This document shows positions 1 through 8,196 of a stretch of DNA of 64,000 nucleotides, piece by piece. The translations under genes and the position numbers were made by a program. The number at the start of each line of letters is the position of its first letter. Within the stretch, counting starts at the first letter, position 1. Origin of the DNA: Bacteroidia bacterium (GTDB lineage Bacteria > Bacteroidota > Bacteroidia > Chitinophagales > JAUHXS01); contig JAUHXS010000012.1 of NCBI GenBank assembly GCA_030426955.1, forward strand, positions 16,629 through 80,628, read 5' to 3'. The notes beneath the pieces were generated by a model. The model was not told the DNA's origin, made no database searches, and saw only the letters and a program-made list of their open reading frames with translations.

Positions 1-313
1 AGTAAAGCTATTGCTGCTGGTGATTCTTGTATTTCATCAATAAATAATAAGGTGTTTGCTTTTTGGTTAGATGCAATGTTGTTTGCAATAAATAAGGCAT
101 CTACAATGGTTTTTACATCCGAGAAATCGGTAAAATAACGAATGTCAGCAGCTCGCTCTAAATTAAGCATTATGCTTTGTGAGTAGTTTTTAGCAAATTC
201 GTTTACTAAGGTAGTTTTACCCACTTGCCTAGCACCTCTTACGATTAATGGTTTACGATTGTTTTTCGCTTCCCAAGCGATTAACTCCTTGTATACGTTG
301 CGTTTAAGGTTCA
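1..313 (-). CDS. AAA family ATPase (DUF4143-type), N-terminal part; gene runs off the window
   Basis: Reverse-complement translation from the ATG at 313 gives MNLKRNVYKELIAWEAKNNRKPLIVRGARQVGKTTLVNEFAKNY..., with a Walker A motif GARQVGKTT. This is the usual N-terminus of the common Bacteroidota 'ATP-binding protein' family. Confidence 0.6.
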
Positions 314-834
314 TCTTAGGAGACTTGATACTTTTGTTTGTAATAAAGTATGGGTAAAAGTATTATTTTTTGTAATAAAACAAGGGTTAATTTGCCTTTG
401 TTTTGTAGCAAAATAAGGGTAAATGTAGCTTCTAATTGTTTCGATTATAGGTATACAATTGATATTACCCTAGATAACCCTTCTTTTTTGCATTGCCCAA
501 AAAAGAAATAAACCTGTCAGTCTCAAAACTTAAACTATTGTGGCAGGCGGTAAGCGCTAGCCTGCTTGGCCGAGTCAGTCCAACAGGGCTTGTGAATCTT
601 TACCTAAATTACTGCAAACCTTCGATAGGCCGCTTGTGAAGCTATCTATAAAAATTGAACCCTCACGTCCTAGAATTATAAAGAGATTAGTCTCTAAAGG
701 ATATGTCAATTAATATAGTTGAATCAAAATAGTTTGACATAATGTCAAAATCAAATACATCAACAGCCCCCTACTAGAAGGAGGGGATTTAGGAGTGGTT
801 TTTTACCTATTTTATCACTTGATTTAGCGGTAAT

Positions 835-858
835 AAAAAAGCCCGCATTTGCGGGCTT
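835..858 (-). terminator. Rho-independent terminator downstream of rplT
   Basis: Hairpin gcccgcatttgcgggc flanked by an A-run on the + strand, which is a U-run after the hairpin on the - strand. It lies 26 nt past the rplT stop. Confidence 0.6.
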
Positions 859-883
859 TAATAAAACTTTATTTGATAAAAGG

Positions 884-1228
884 TTACTTTACTGAGTTGA
901 CAACCTCTTTAAACGCTTCAGGATTATTCATCGCTAAATCTGCTAAAACTTTTCTGTTCAGATCAACATTTTTAGCTTTCATCATTCCCATGAACTTGGA
1001 GTATGATAATCCTTCCTCTCTTAATGCGGCATTAATTCTTTGAATCCAAAGACTTCTGAATTGTCTCTTTCTTTGCTTTCTGCCAACATAAGAATACAAT
1101 AAAGCCTTCTCAACAGCATTCTTAGCTACTGTATAAACATTCTTTCTTCTACCGTAGTAGCCTTTTGCTTGCTTTAATACCTTTTTTCTTCTTGCTCTTG
1201 AAGCAACTGAGTTTACTGAACGTGGCAT
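884..1228 (-). CDS. rplT: 50S ribosomal protein L20
   Basis: 114-aa basic protein; the [16 protein letters not shown]... start and overall composition are typical of L20; sits next to rpmI. Confidence 0.93.
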   Translation of the reverse strand: MPRSVNSVASRARRKKVLKQAKGYYGRRKNVYTVAKNAVEKALLYSYVGRKQRKRQFRSLWIQRINAALREEGLSYSKFMGMMKAKNVDLNRKVLADLAMNNPEAFKEVVNSVK

Positions 1229-1252
1229 GACTTATAATCTTTTCTTTTGGAA

Positions 1253-1447
1253 TTATGCTAATAACATTCTTTTTACATTGGGTGCATCAGCAGGATCCAC
1301 CACGGTGCTATTTCCTAATTTTCTTTTTCTCTTCTTAGACTTTTTAGTTAGGATATGGTTTTTGAACGCATGATTACGCTTTACTTTTCCAGATCCTGTT
1401 ACTTTAAAACGCTTTTTTGCGCTTGAGTTTGTCTTCATCTTAGGCAT
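1253..1447 (-). CDS. rpmI: 50S ribosomal protein L35
   Basis: 64-aa protein [31 protein letters not shown]..., a canonical L35 sequence, directly upstream of rplT. Confidence 0.9.
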   Translation of the reverse strand: MPKMKTNSSAKKRFKVTGSGKVKRNHAFKNHILTKKSKKRKRKLGNSTVVDPADAPNVKRMLLA

Positions 1448-1562
1448 AGCAATACAATTTTAAGGGACGCGAAGTTAAGAAAACTTCTGTTTAATTCAAT
1501 GAAAATAGAGGAAAAACTTAAAATGTGAAATCAGAGATATGAAAAACTAATTGTTTCTTATT

Positions 1563-2033
1563 TCAGATCTCTTGTTTTAAGTTTCCATAGTCGGGTATTT
1601 CGTTTAAAAATTCATATTTTTTTTCTTGAGCATTAATTTTGCAGCAGAACGTCTCTGCTCCATTTGTTGTAATTAAATAATTGACTTGTAGTTTAATATT
1701 ATACTGTGCTGCTTGATCAAAGGTTTTTTGTGTTATGGGTACTTTAGGAGCTTTGCATTCAATGATTATCCAAGGTTTCATTGTTTTATCATAAACAACA
1801 ATATCAAATCTTTTGGAAAGTCCATTTAGATGGATTCCCTTTTCAACTGAAATCTTACTCTTTGGGTATTTTTTTTCTGAGATTAAGAAGTGTATAAAAT
1901 TTTGTCTTACCAATTCTTCTGGTGTTGCTACCACATATTTTTTTCTAATATCATCAAATATCAGTCGCTTGCCATTTTCTATTTTTACTTTCGGTGCAAA
2001 TACACTCATGTCTAAATCTAGCAATTTCAGCAC
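1563..2033 (-). CDS. Type I restriction enzyme HsdR N-terminal-domain family protein (small stand-alone nuclease-like protein)
   Basis: 156 aa; the ...DIVVYDKTMKPWIIIECKAPKV... core resembles the PD-(D/E)xK-like HsdR_N fold. It sits where infC normally lies upstream of rpmI. Confidence 0.45.
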   Translation of the reverse strand: MLKLLDLDMSVFAPKVKIENGKRLIFDDIRKKYVVATPEELVRQNFIHFLISEKKYPKSKISVEKGIHLNGLSKRFDIVVYDKTMKPWIIIECKAPKVPITQKTFDQAAQYNIKLQVNYLITTNGAETFCCKINAQEKKYEFLNEIPDYGNLKQEI

Positions 2034-2068
2034 TTTTCTTGTAACAAAATATTAATTTTATCCAAGAT

Positions 2069-3073
2069 ATGGCAGATACCTACGACAGTATACTTCAATC
2101 TCTGAAAAGCAAGACTTACAAGCCCGTATACTTTTTACAAGGAGATGAACCCTATTTTATAGATCTAGTTAGTGACTATATTGAAGATAATGTATTAGGT
2201 GAAGCCGAGAGAGGATTTAATCAAACGATCTTTTATGGAAAGGATACTGATCCTCAAAGTGTCATAGATACGGCAAAGCGCTATCCGATGATGTCAGAGC
2301 ATCAGGTAGTCATCGTTAAGGAAGCTCAGAGCATGAGGGGGGTTGAAAAATTAGATGCTTATATTCAAAATCCACTATCGAGCACATTGTTAGTTATCTG
2401 CTATAAGTACAAAAAACTTGATAAGAGAACCGCCTTTGCGAAAACAGTTCAAGGTAAAGGTGTTTTATTGGATAGCAAAAAGCTATATGATAATCAAGTT
2501 CCCCAATGGGTAGAAAGAACTGCTGTGAGTTTGAAGCTTAAGATAAGTCCCCGGGTTGCGGTTTTGATAACAGAGCACCTTGGAAATGATCTATCGAAGA
2601 TTGCCAATGAACTTAAAAAGTTAAAAATCATCCTTCCTGAGGGAGGAGAAATAACACCAGAAATAGTCGAAAAAAATATTGGTATTAGCAAAGATTATAA
2701 TGCATTTGAATTACAAAATGCCATTGCACAAAGAGATGTTTTAAAGTCAAATAGAATAGTAAATTATTTTATGGCTAACCCTAAAGCAGGTCCTTTAGCT
2801 ATGCTGTTAGGCACTTTGTTTTCTTTTTTTAGCAAAGTTTATTTATATCATGGAAATAAACACAAATCGGATAAAGAAATTGCGGGGGTATTGAAAGTAA
2901 ACCCTTTCTTTATTAAAGATTATAGGCAAGCTGGCACGAATTTTGATATAAAACATACAGAGCGTGTTTTTACATTATTGCATGAATATGATTTAAAACT
3001 AAAAGGCATTGATAATGGTGGCACCATTGAAGGGCAGCTCTTAAAAGAAATGGTGTATAGGATTTTACATTAG
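2069..3073 (+). CDS. holA: DNA polymerase III subunit delta
   Basis: 334 aa; the N-terminal YKPVYFLQGDEPYFID motif and length match Bacteroidota HolA. Confidence 0.7.
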   Translation: MADTYDSILQSLKSKTYKPVYFLQGDEPYFIDLVSDYIEDNVLGEAERGFNQTIFYGKDTDPQSVIDTAKRYPMMSEHQVVIVKEAQSMRGVEKLDAYIQNPLSSTLLVICYKYKKLDKRTAFAKTVQGKGVLLDSKKLYDNQVPQWVERTAVSLKLKISPRVAVLITEHLGNDLSKIANELKKLKIILPEGGEITPEIVEKNIGISKDYNAFELQNAIAQRDVLKSNRIVNYFMANPKAGPLAMLLGTLFSFFSKVYLYHGNKHKSDKEIAGVLKVNPFFIKDYRQAGTNFDIKHTERVFTLLHEYDLKLKGIDNGGTIEGQLLKEMVYRILH

Positions 3074-3077
3074 AAGT

Positions 3078-3602
3078 ATGAAATATATTATTGGACTTTT
3101 TTTAATTATTAACCTATTCTCTTGCAAACAGTCTCAGGACGTTGCGAAGAGTAAAGTGAGCAAGAAAAGCGTGCAGCTAAAACTTATCGAAGCAAAGTCT
3201 CAAAAGTGGCATGGTGGTGCTCCTGGCTCAGGAAGTGGCTTTTATTACTATTTCTTGTTTAAGCGTCCAAAACAAGAAGTAAATTTTGATAGCGTTTGGA
3301 TCGATGATAAAGTCTATAGATTGGTAAAACTTGATGGTAAGTTTGATACTTTTACCACTGAAGAAGTTATCACAGTACAAGCGATAGCAAACCCTAAACC
3401 GAATACTCCAGTTATCGAAATTCTTCCATCATTGGAAACCAATGAACCTCCTTTGCCAAAAGAGACGCCCAAGATGAAAGCTCCTATTTCTTATGAGGGG
3501 AAAGCACTTGTAAGATACTATATTAATGGAGCAGAGTTTTATACTATAGTAAAAGACATTCAAACCATGCAACCACTCTTTTACCCATCGATTAGCAAAT
3601 AA
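3078..3602 (+). CDS. Lipoprotein, function unknown
   Basis: Signal peptide with lipobox (LFSC); no recognised domain. Confidence 0.4.
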   Translation: MKYIIGLFLIINLFSCKQSQDVAKSKVSKKSVQLKLIEAKSQKWHGGAPGSGSGFYYYFLFKRPKQEVNFDSVWIDDKVYRLVKLDGKFDTFTTEEVITVQAIANPKPNTPVIEILPSLETNEPPLPKETPKMKAPISYEGKALVRYYINGAEFYTIVKDIQTMQPLFYPSISK

Positions 3603-3608
3603 TGTTTT

Positions 3609-4985
3609 ATGACAGATAATATTATTGCTTTAGCAACAGGTTCTTCAGGAGCAATTGGGGTTATTAGGCTATCTGGCCCTGATGTGATTGCTATTTGCAA
3701 TGAATATTTTAAGGAAAAAAACTTGTTGGAACAAAAAAGCCATACCATTCATTTTGGACACATTTATGATGGGAATAAAATGATTGATGAAGTTTTAATT
3801 AGCATCTTTATTGCCCCAAACTCTTATACCAAAGAAAATAGTATCGAAATTTCATGTCATGGATCTGACTTTATTCAGCAAAAGGTTATCAATCTATTTA
3901 TAGCAAAGGGTTTGAGAATAGCCAATCCTGGAGAATTTACTATGAGGGCCTTTTTAAATGGTCGCATGGATTTATCTCAAGCAGAGGCAGTTGCCGATCT
4001 GATTGCTTCCTCTACTAAGTCACAACATGAGATTGCACTTAATCAGATGCGTGGTGGATTCACTTCTATTCTTAAAACACTTAGGGATCAACTCATTGAA
4101 TTTGCCAGTCTAATTGAGTTGGAGAACGACTTTAGCGAGGAAGATGTAGAGTTTGCAAATCGAAAAAAATTAACAGAATTAGTTAATAAGATCTTAGAGC
4201 AAATTCAAACATTACTAGATTCCTTTCGTTATGGGAATGCCATTAAAGAAGGTGTTCCCGTTGCCATTGTAGGTAAGCCTAATGTAGGAAAATCTACTCT
4301 ACTAAATGTGTTACTAAATGAAGAAAAGGCTATAGTAAGTGATATTCCTGGAACTACTAGGGATGTTATAGAGGATACCATACAAATAGATGGATTGTTA
4401 TTCCGATTTATTGATACTGCTGGAATTAGAGATACACAAGACCATATAGAATCAATAGGTGTTCAAAAGTCTAAAGACCAAATATTAAGCGCCAAGATTG
4501 TTGTTTATATGGACGAGATTGAGGAAGACTTTGAAGCTATAGAAACTAGGTACAAGGAATTAGGAATTAGAGATGAGAAAGATTCCATAATTCTCCTTAA
4601 CAAAATAGACAGCTTTCACGAGTGTCATGCCTATGATGTGGAAGAGGCCTTGAGTACAAAGCTCAACAGAATGCCAGTATTGGCCATATCAGCAAAAGAA
4701 AAACTGCATATTGATAGGCTAAAGAAGACATTGGTAAAATTAATTAAAGACGAGCATCCTTCAGAGAATGCTTTTATAGTCTCTAACCTCAGGCATACAG
4801 AAGCATTAGAAAAAGCTAAGGAATCTTTACAATCTGTTTTAAATGGATTGGAGCAAAATATATCTAGTGATTTAGTTGCTATTGATATTCGCCATGCTTT
4901 ACATCATCTAGGAAGTATTTCTGGAGAGATTACTACAGAGGATCTATTAGGCTCTATATTTGGACGGTTTTGTATTGGAAAGTGA
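3609..4985 (+). CDS. mnmE: tRNA modification GTPase MnmE
   Basis: 458 aa; G-domain motifs GKPNVGKST and DTAG; C-terminal CIGK, which is diagnostic of MnmE/TrmE. Confidence 0.9.
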   Translation: MTDNIIALATGSSGAIGVIRLSGPDVIAICNEYFKEKNLLEQKSHTIHFGHIYDGNKMIDEVLISIFIAPNSYTKENSIEISCHGSDFIQQKVINLFIAKGLRIANPGEFTMRAFLNGRMDLSQAEAVADLIASSTKSQHEIALNQMRGGFTSILKTLRDQLIEFASLIELENDFSEEDVEFANRKKLTELVNKILEQIQTLLDSFRYGNAIKEGVPVAIVGKPNVGKSTLLNVLLNEEKAIVSDIPGTTRDVIEDTIQIDGLLFRFIDTAGIRDTQDHIESIGVQKSKDQILSAKIVVYMDEIEEDFEAIETRYKELGIRDEKDSIILLNKIDSFHECHAYDVEEALSTKLNRMPVLAISAKEKLHIDRLKKTLVKLIKDEHPSENAFIVSNLRHTEALEKAKESLQSVLNGLEQNISSDLVAIDIRHALHHLGSISGEITTEDLLGSIFGRFCIGK

Positions 4986-5124
4986 ACTAAAGCCTCTTTT
5001 CTTGCTAATAAATCATTTGCTCTTAGATTTCAAGTATTTGTATTGAATTAAGGTTCTCCCTTTTAATGATGTCATGTATATTGCCTTATATGAAGGACTA
5101 ACTTCAAAATAAACCTATTATTTA

Positions 5125-7377
5125 ATGAAAAAAATATCTCTAACAAGCTTATTGTTATTTGTAAGCCTTTTCTTTTTTGAGTATGCATATAGTCAGCCCA
5201 GCTATGTTTGGGATTCCGCCTATGGGGGGGGTGATAATGATGTAATGTGGAATATGCATTCAGCATCAAATGGAGATGTTTTAATGGTAGGTCTTACAAA
5301 GAGTAGTGATAATCATGTCATCTCAGGAACAGACCCTGATGGCAGTGGGCATCATGGTAGTAATTTTTATGATGATGTTTGGGTGATTCGTATAAATCCT
5401 ATGGGGCGTATCGTTTGGCAAAACGCTCTTGGAGGAAGTTCTTATGATGAAGCATGGGATGTTACAGAAGCGTCTAATGGCGACATCCTTATTGCTGGAA
5501 AGACTAATTCAATTGATGGTGATGTTGATCCTTCTACAGATCCAGATAGTAGTGGACAACATGGATCACTAGATTTTTGGATTATTCGATTAGACTCAGA
5601 AGGTAATCTAATATGGCAAAATGCACTTGGTGGAAGTGGTGGAGATCGAGCCATATCAATTATAGAATCTAAAAATGGCGACATTATTGCCTGCGGATTG
5701 ACCGAGGGTCCAAATTCTGGCGATATAAAACAAAGTACTGACCCTGATGGAGAAGCATACCATGGTGGTTTGACGGATTGGTGGGTAGTACGCCTTGATT
5801 CAGAAGGTAATCTAATATGGCAAAATACACTTGGTGGAAGTAATGAAGAATGGGCATTTGACTTGATAGAGCAACCAAACGGTAACATTGTAGTTGCTGG
5901 TTTTACAGCATCTAGCGACTTTGATATAAATCCACTCACAGATCCTGATGGGAGTGGACAACATGGATTTTATGATCTATGGGTCGTGGCTCTTTCCCCA
6001 TCAGGAAATATGATATGGCAAAATGCACTTGGTGGCACACATATTGATGAAGCTCGTGTATTAGCATATTCACCTGACAATCATATTGTCATAGGCGGGA
6101 TTACCGTATCTACAGATGGAGATTTAATGTCATCTACAGATCCTGACGGTAATAGCACACATGGAAGTAGTGATTTTTGGCTCGTAAAACTGGATACATT
6201 AGGCAACTTGGTATGGCAAAATGCTTTAGGAACAGAACTCAAAGAGGAAGAAATAAACACCATATCATTCATGCCTAGTGATTGTAATAATGACTTTTTT
6301 ATTTATATCGCTGGGGGCTCTCACGGTTCCTATAGCAATGGAGATAAAACGGAACCCAATCCAGGTGGTGCTACAATGAGTGTTTGGATAGTAAAGCTAA
6401 ATCTTGATGGACAAGTAGTCTGGGATAAGACTTTTGGCTCCGGTGGAAAGGATGATCATTCCAACATTTGTATTAATCCAGAAGGGGAATTATGGGTTGG
6501 CGCTACTACTAATATGTCTGCAAAAACAATTTATGATAAAAAATCGCCATTGTATGGGGCAAATGACTTTTGGTTAATAAAAACTGAATTTGGCTATTCA
6601 CTAGATGCAAGTTTTTCTTTTGATACTGTCTGTCTTGGGTTGCCGACAACGCTTATAAATACGAGTGCCCCTAGTTGGCTAGATTCTTCCTTTCGGTATC
6701 AATGGGAATTCCAAGATAAGGCTAGCAATCAAACAACTTCAATCAAACACCCTCAATACAGTTTCTCAGATACAGGTAGTTACTTGGTAACACTTATAGT
6801 TAATGCTGATTGTGAATTTGACACGATAGTTGATACTATATTAGTTGAGGGTGGGAGAGGCTTTGCTTTAAATCAAGATACTACAATATGTGAAGGAACA
6901 GAATATTTAGCCTCAGTTGAAAAGACTTGGGCGGTAAAATATTACTGGTCTAACGGAGATACCAATAGTACAGTCAGTATTAATGAGCCTGGAGATTACA
7001 TTATAACTATAAAGGATATTGATAGTTGTATGTATTCGGGAAATATCTCTTTAAATGTTTTGTCTTGTGATACCAATAATATAGCAGCAGATACTATAGA
7101 TCAAACTTATTTAGTCTTTATTCCCAATGCAATTAGCCCTGATCAGGACTTTAATAATGAATCATTTGATATCATACAAAAAAATATTTTACAATATGAG
7201 GTAAGTATTTTTAACCAATGGGGCGATAAAGTTTTTGAAATAAATGAGATGAATTCATCTTGGGATGGGGCTCATAATGGGAAAGAGGTTAGCGGCGTGC
7301 ATTTTTACACTTTCAATGGCACTACAATTACTGGTCAACATATAAGTTTAACAGGAACAATTACGGTAATTAGATAA
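5125..7377 (+). CDS. Secreted repeat protein (six to seven ~65-aa beta-propeller-like repeats) with T9SS type B C-terminal sorting domain
   Basis: Signal peptide; repeated unit ...TDPDGSGxHGSxDFWxIRLDSEGNLIWQNALGGS...; C-terminal ...YLVFIPNAISPDQDFNNESF...HFYTFNG... matches the gliding-motility-associated / type B CTD pattern (FxPNxFSPNGDGxND). Confidence 0.6.
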   Translation: MKKISLTSLLLFVSLFFFEYAYSQPSYVWDSAYGGGDNDVMWNMHSASNGDVLMVGLTKSSDNHVISGTDPDGSGHHGSNFYDDVWVIRINPMGRIVWQNALGGSSYDEAWDVTEASNGDILIAGKTNSIDGDVDPSTDPDSSGQHGSLDFWIIRLDSEGNLIWQNALGGSGGDRAISIIESKNGDIIACGLTEGPNSGDIKQSTDPDGEAYHGGLTDWWVVRLDSEGNLIWQNTLGGSNEEWAFDLIEQPNGNIVVAGFTASSDFDINPLTDPDGSGQHGFYDLWVVALSPSGNMIWQNALGGTHIDEARVLAYSPDNHIVIGGITVSTDGDLMSSTDPDGNSTHGSSDFWLVKLDTLGNLVWQNALGTELKEEEINTISFMPSDCNNDFFIYIAGGSHGSYSNGDKTEPNPGGATMSVWIVKLNLDGQVVWDKTFGSGGKDDHSNICINPEGELWVGATTNMSAKTIYDKKSPLYGANDFWLIKTEFGYSLDASFSFDTVCLGLPTTLINTSAPSWLDSSFRYQWEFQDKASNQTTSIKHPQYSFSDTGSYLVTLIVNADCEFDTIVDTILVEGGRGFALNQDTTICEGTEYLASVEKTWAVKYYWSNGDTNSTVSINEPGDYIITIKDIDSCMYSGNISLNVLSCDTNNIAADTIDQTYLVFIPNAISPDQDFNNESFDIIQKNILQYEVSIFNQWGDKVFEINEMNSSWDGAHNGKEVSGVHFYTFNGTTITGQHISLTGTITVIR

Positions 7378-7647
7378 CATCTGTCTAAGCGTGTTTAAGG
7401 TTGAATTGTAATTATCTGGCTGATGCACTAAAGTCTTTTAAAAAGGGAGCTAAATTTATTTGCCATTTTTCATTGGTCAACTGGCAGATAAAAAGCTCTT
7501 TTCTGTTTAGTATTAAGTCAGGTTTTGATCCAGATTTTGGCGGTATTGAAATGACAAGTGTTTTAGGATATTCTGTAGGTCGATGCCTCTTATGATATTT
7601 TTTGATCAAAGTTTTCATCTTATCCTAAGTTTTTGTAAATTAATAGT

Positions 7648-8022
7648 ATGCGAAACTTATTGATTTTCGTGTTTTTATACTTGTCATTAGAAATCTATGC
7701 ATCAAGTGATTCTACTAGCTATTTTCAAGAAGACGACTTGGACAAAATTTCTCTATTTGTTCCAAACTCATTTTCGCCAGACGGTGATGGTATTAATGAT
7801 CATTTAAACTTTAGGTCGAACAGTATTTTTACAGCTGAATTGATGATTTTTAATCACTATGGTAAATTGGTTTATTCAACGAGTGATTATCAAAATGGGT
7901 GGGATGGGAGAAAAAATAATGGTTGGAAATGTGAGACCGACACGTATTTCTATCTTATAAAAGGTCAAGCCACAGACGGAAAGCCTTTTAGTAAATTTGG
8001 AGAGGTTTTTCTTAAGCAATAA
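7648..8022 (+). CDS. Stand-alone T9SS type B C-terminal domain protein (signal peptide plus CTD only)
   Basis: 124 aa: signal peptide, then LFVPNSFSPDGDGINDHLNF...NGWDGRKNNGW...YFYLIKG..., which is essentially a complete type B CTD with no passenger domain. Confidence 0.5.
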   Translation: MRNLLIFVFLYLSLEIYASSDSTSYFQEDDLDKISLFVPNSFSPDGDGINDHLNFRSNSIFTAELMIFNHYGKLVYSTSDYQNGWDGRKNNGWKCETDTYFYLIKGQATDGKPFSKFGEVFLKQ

Positions 8023-8196
8023 ACGCTCCTCAATTTAGATTAATCTTGTTATGTAATTGCTCTACTTTATTCAGAATTGACTGTCCCAGTATATTGTTAG
8101 TCATCTTTGGATTGCTCTCTCCATACTCTTTAATAGTTGATACTAGTTCTAGCATTTCACATAGGAGTGTGTCTTCTATCTTTTTGTTCTGACACA

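Noticed and set aside
314-883. tRNA/tmRNA in the long intergenic region (and in the other intergenic gaps across the window)
   Set aside because: No T-loop GTTCGANTC-type motif or acceptor/CCA architecture was found, so no tRNA is called.
1813-2055. 80-aa + strand ORF overlapping the HsdR_N-like gene
   Set aside because: It is fully antisense to a better-supported ORF and has a low-complexity hydrophobic translation.
5442-5939. Antisense ORFs (165 aa and 64 aa) inside the repeat-protein gene; similar antisense ORFs at 2494-2691, 8345-8566, 9201-9431, 18087-21246 (several), 28072-28344, 39504-40046, 45374-46050, 53739-54041, 60375-60855
   Set aside because: All lie entirely within longer ORFs that have clear protein signatures on the opposite strand. 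Their low-complexity, stop-free reading frames are typical shadow ORFs.
7401-7618. Two overlapping ~65-aa ORFs on opposite strands in the 270-bp gap after the type B cargo gene
   Set aside because: There are no motifs, the ORFs are mutually exclusive, and their composition is AT-rich and intergenic-like. They are probably non-coding or the remnant of a decayed gene.
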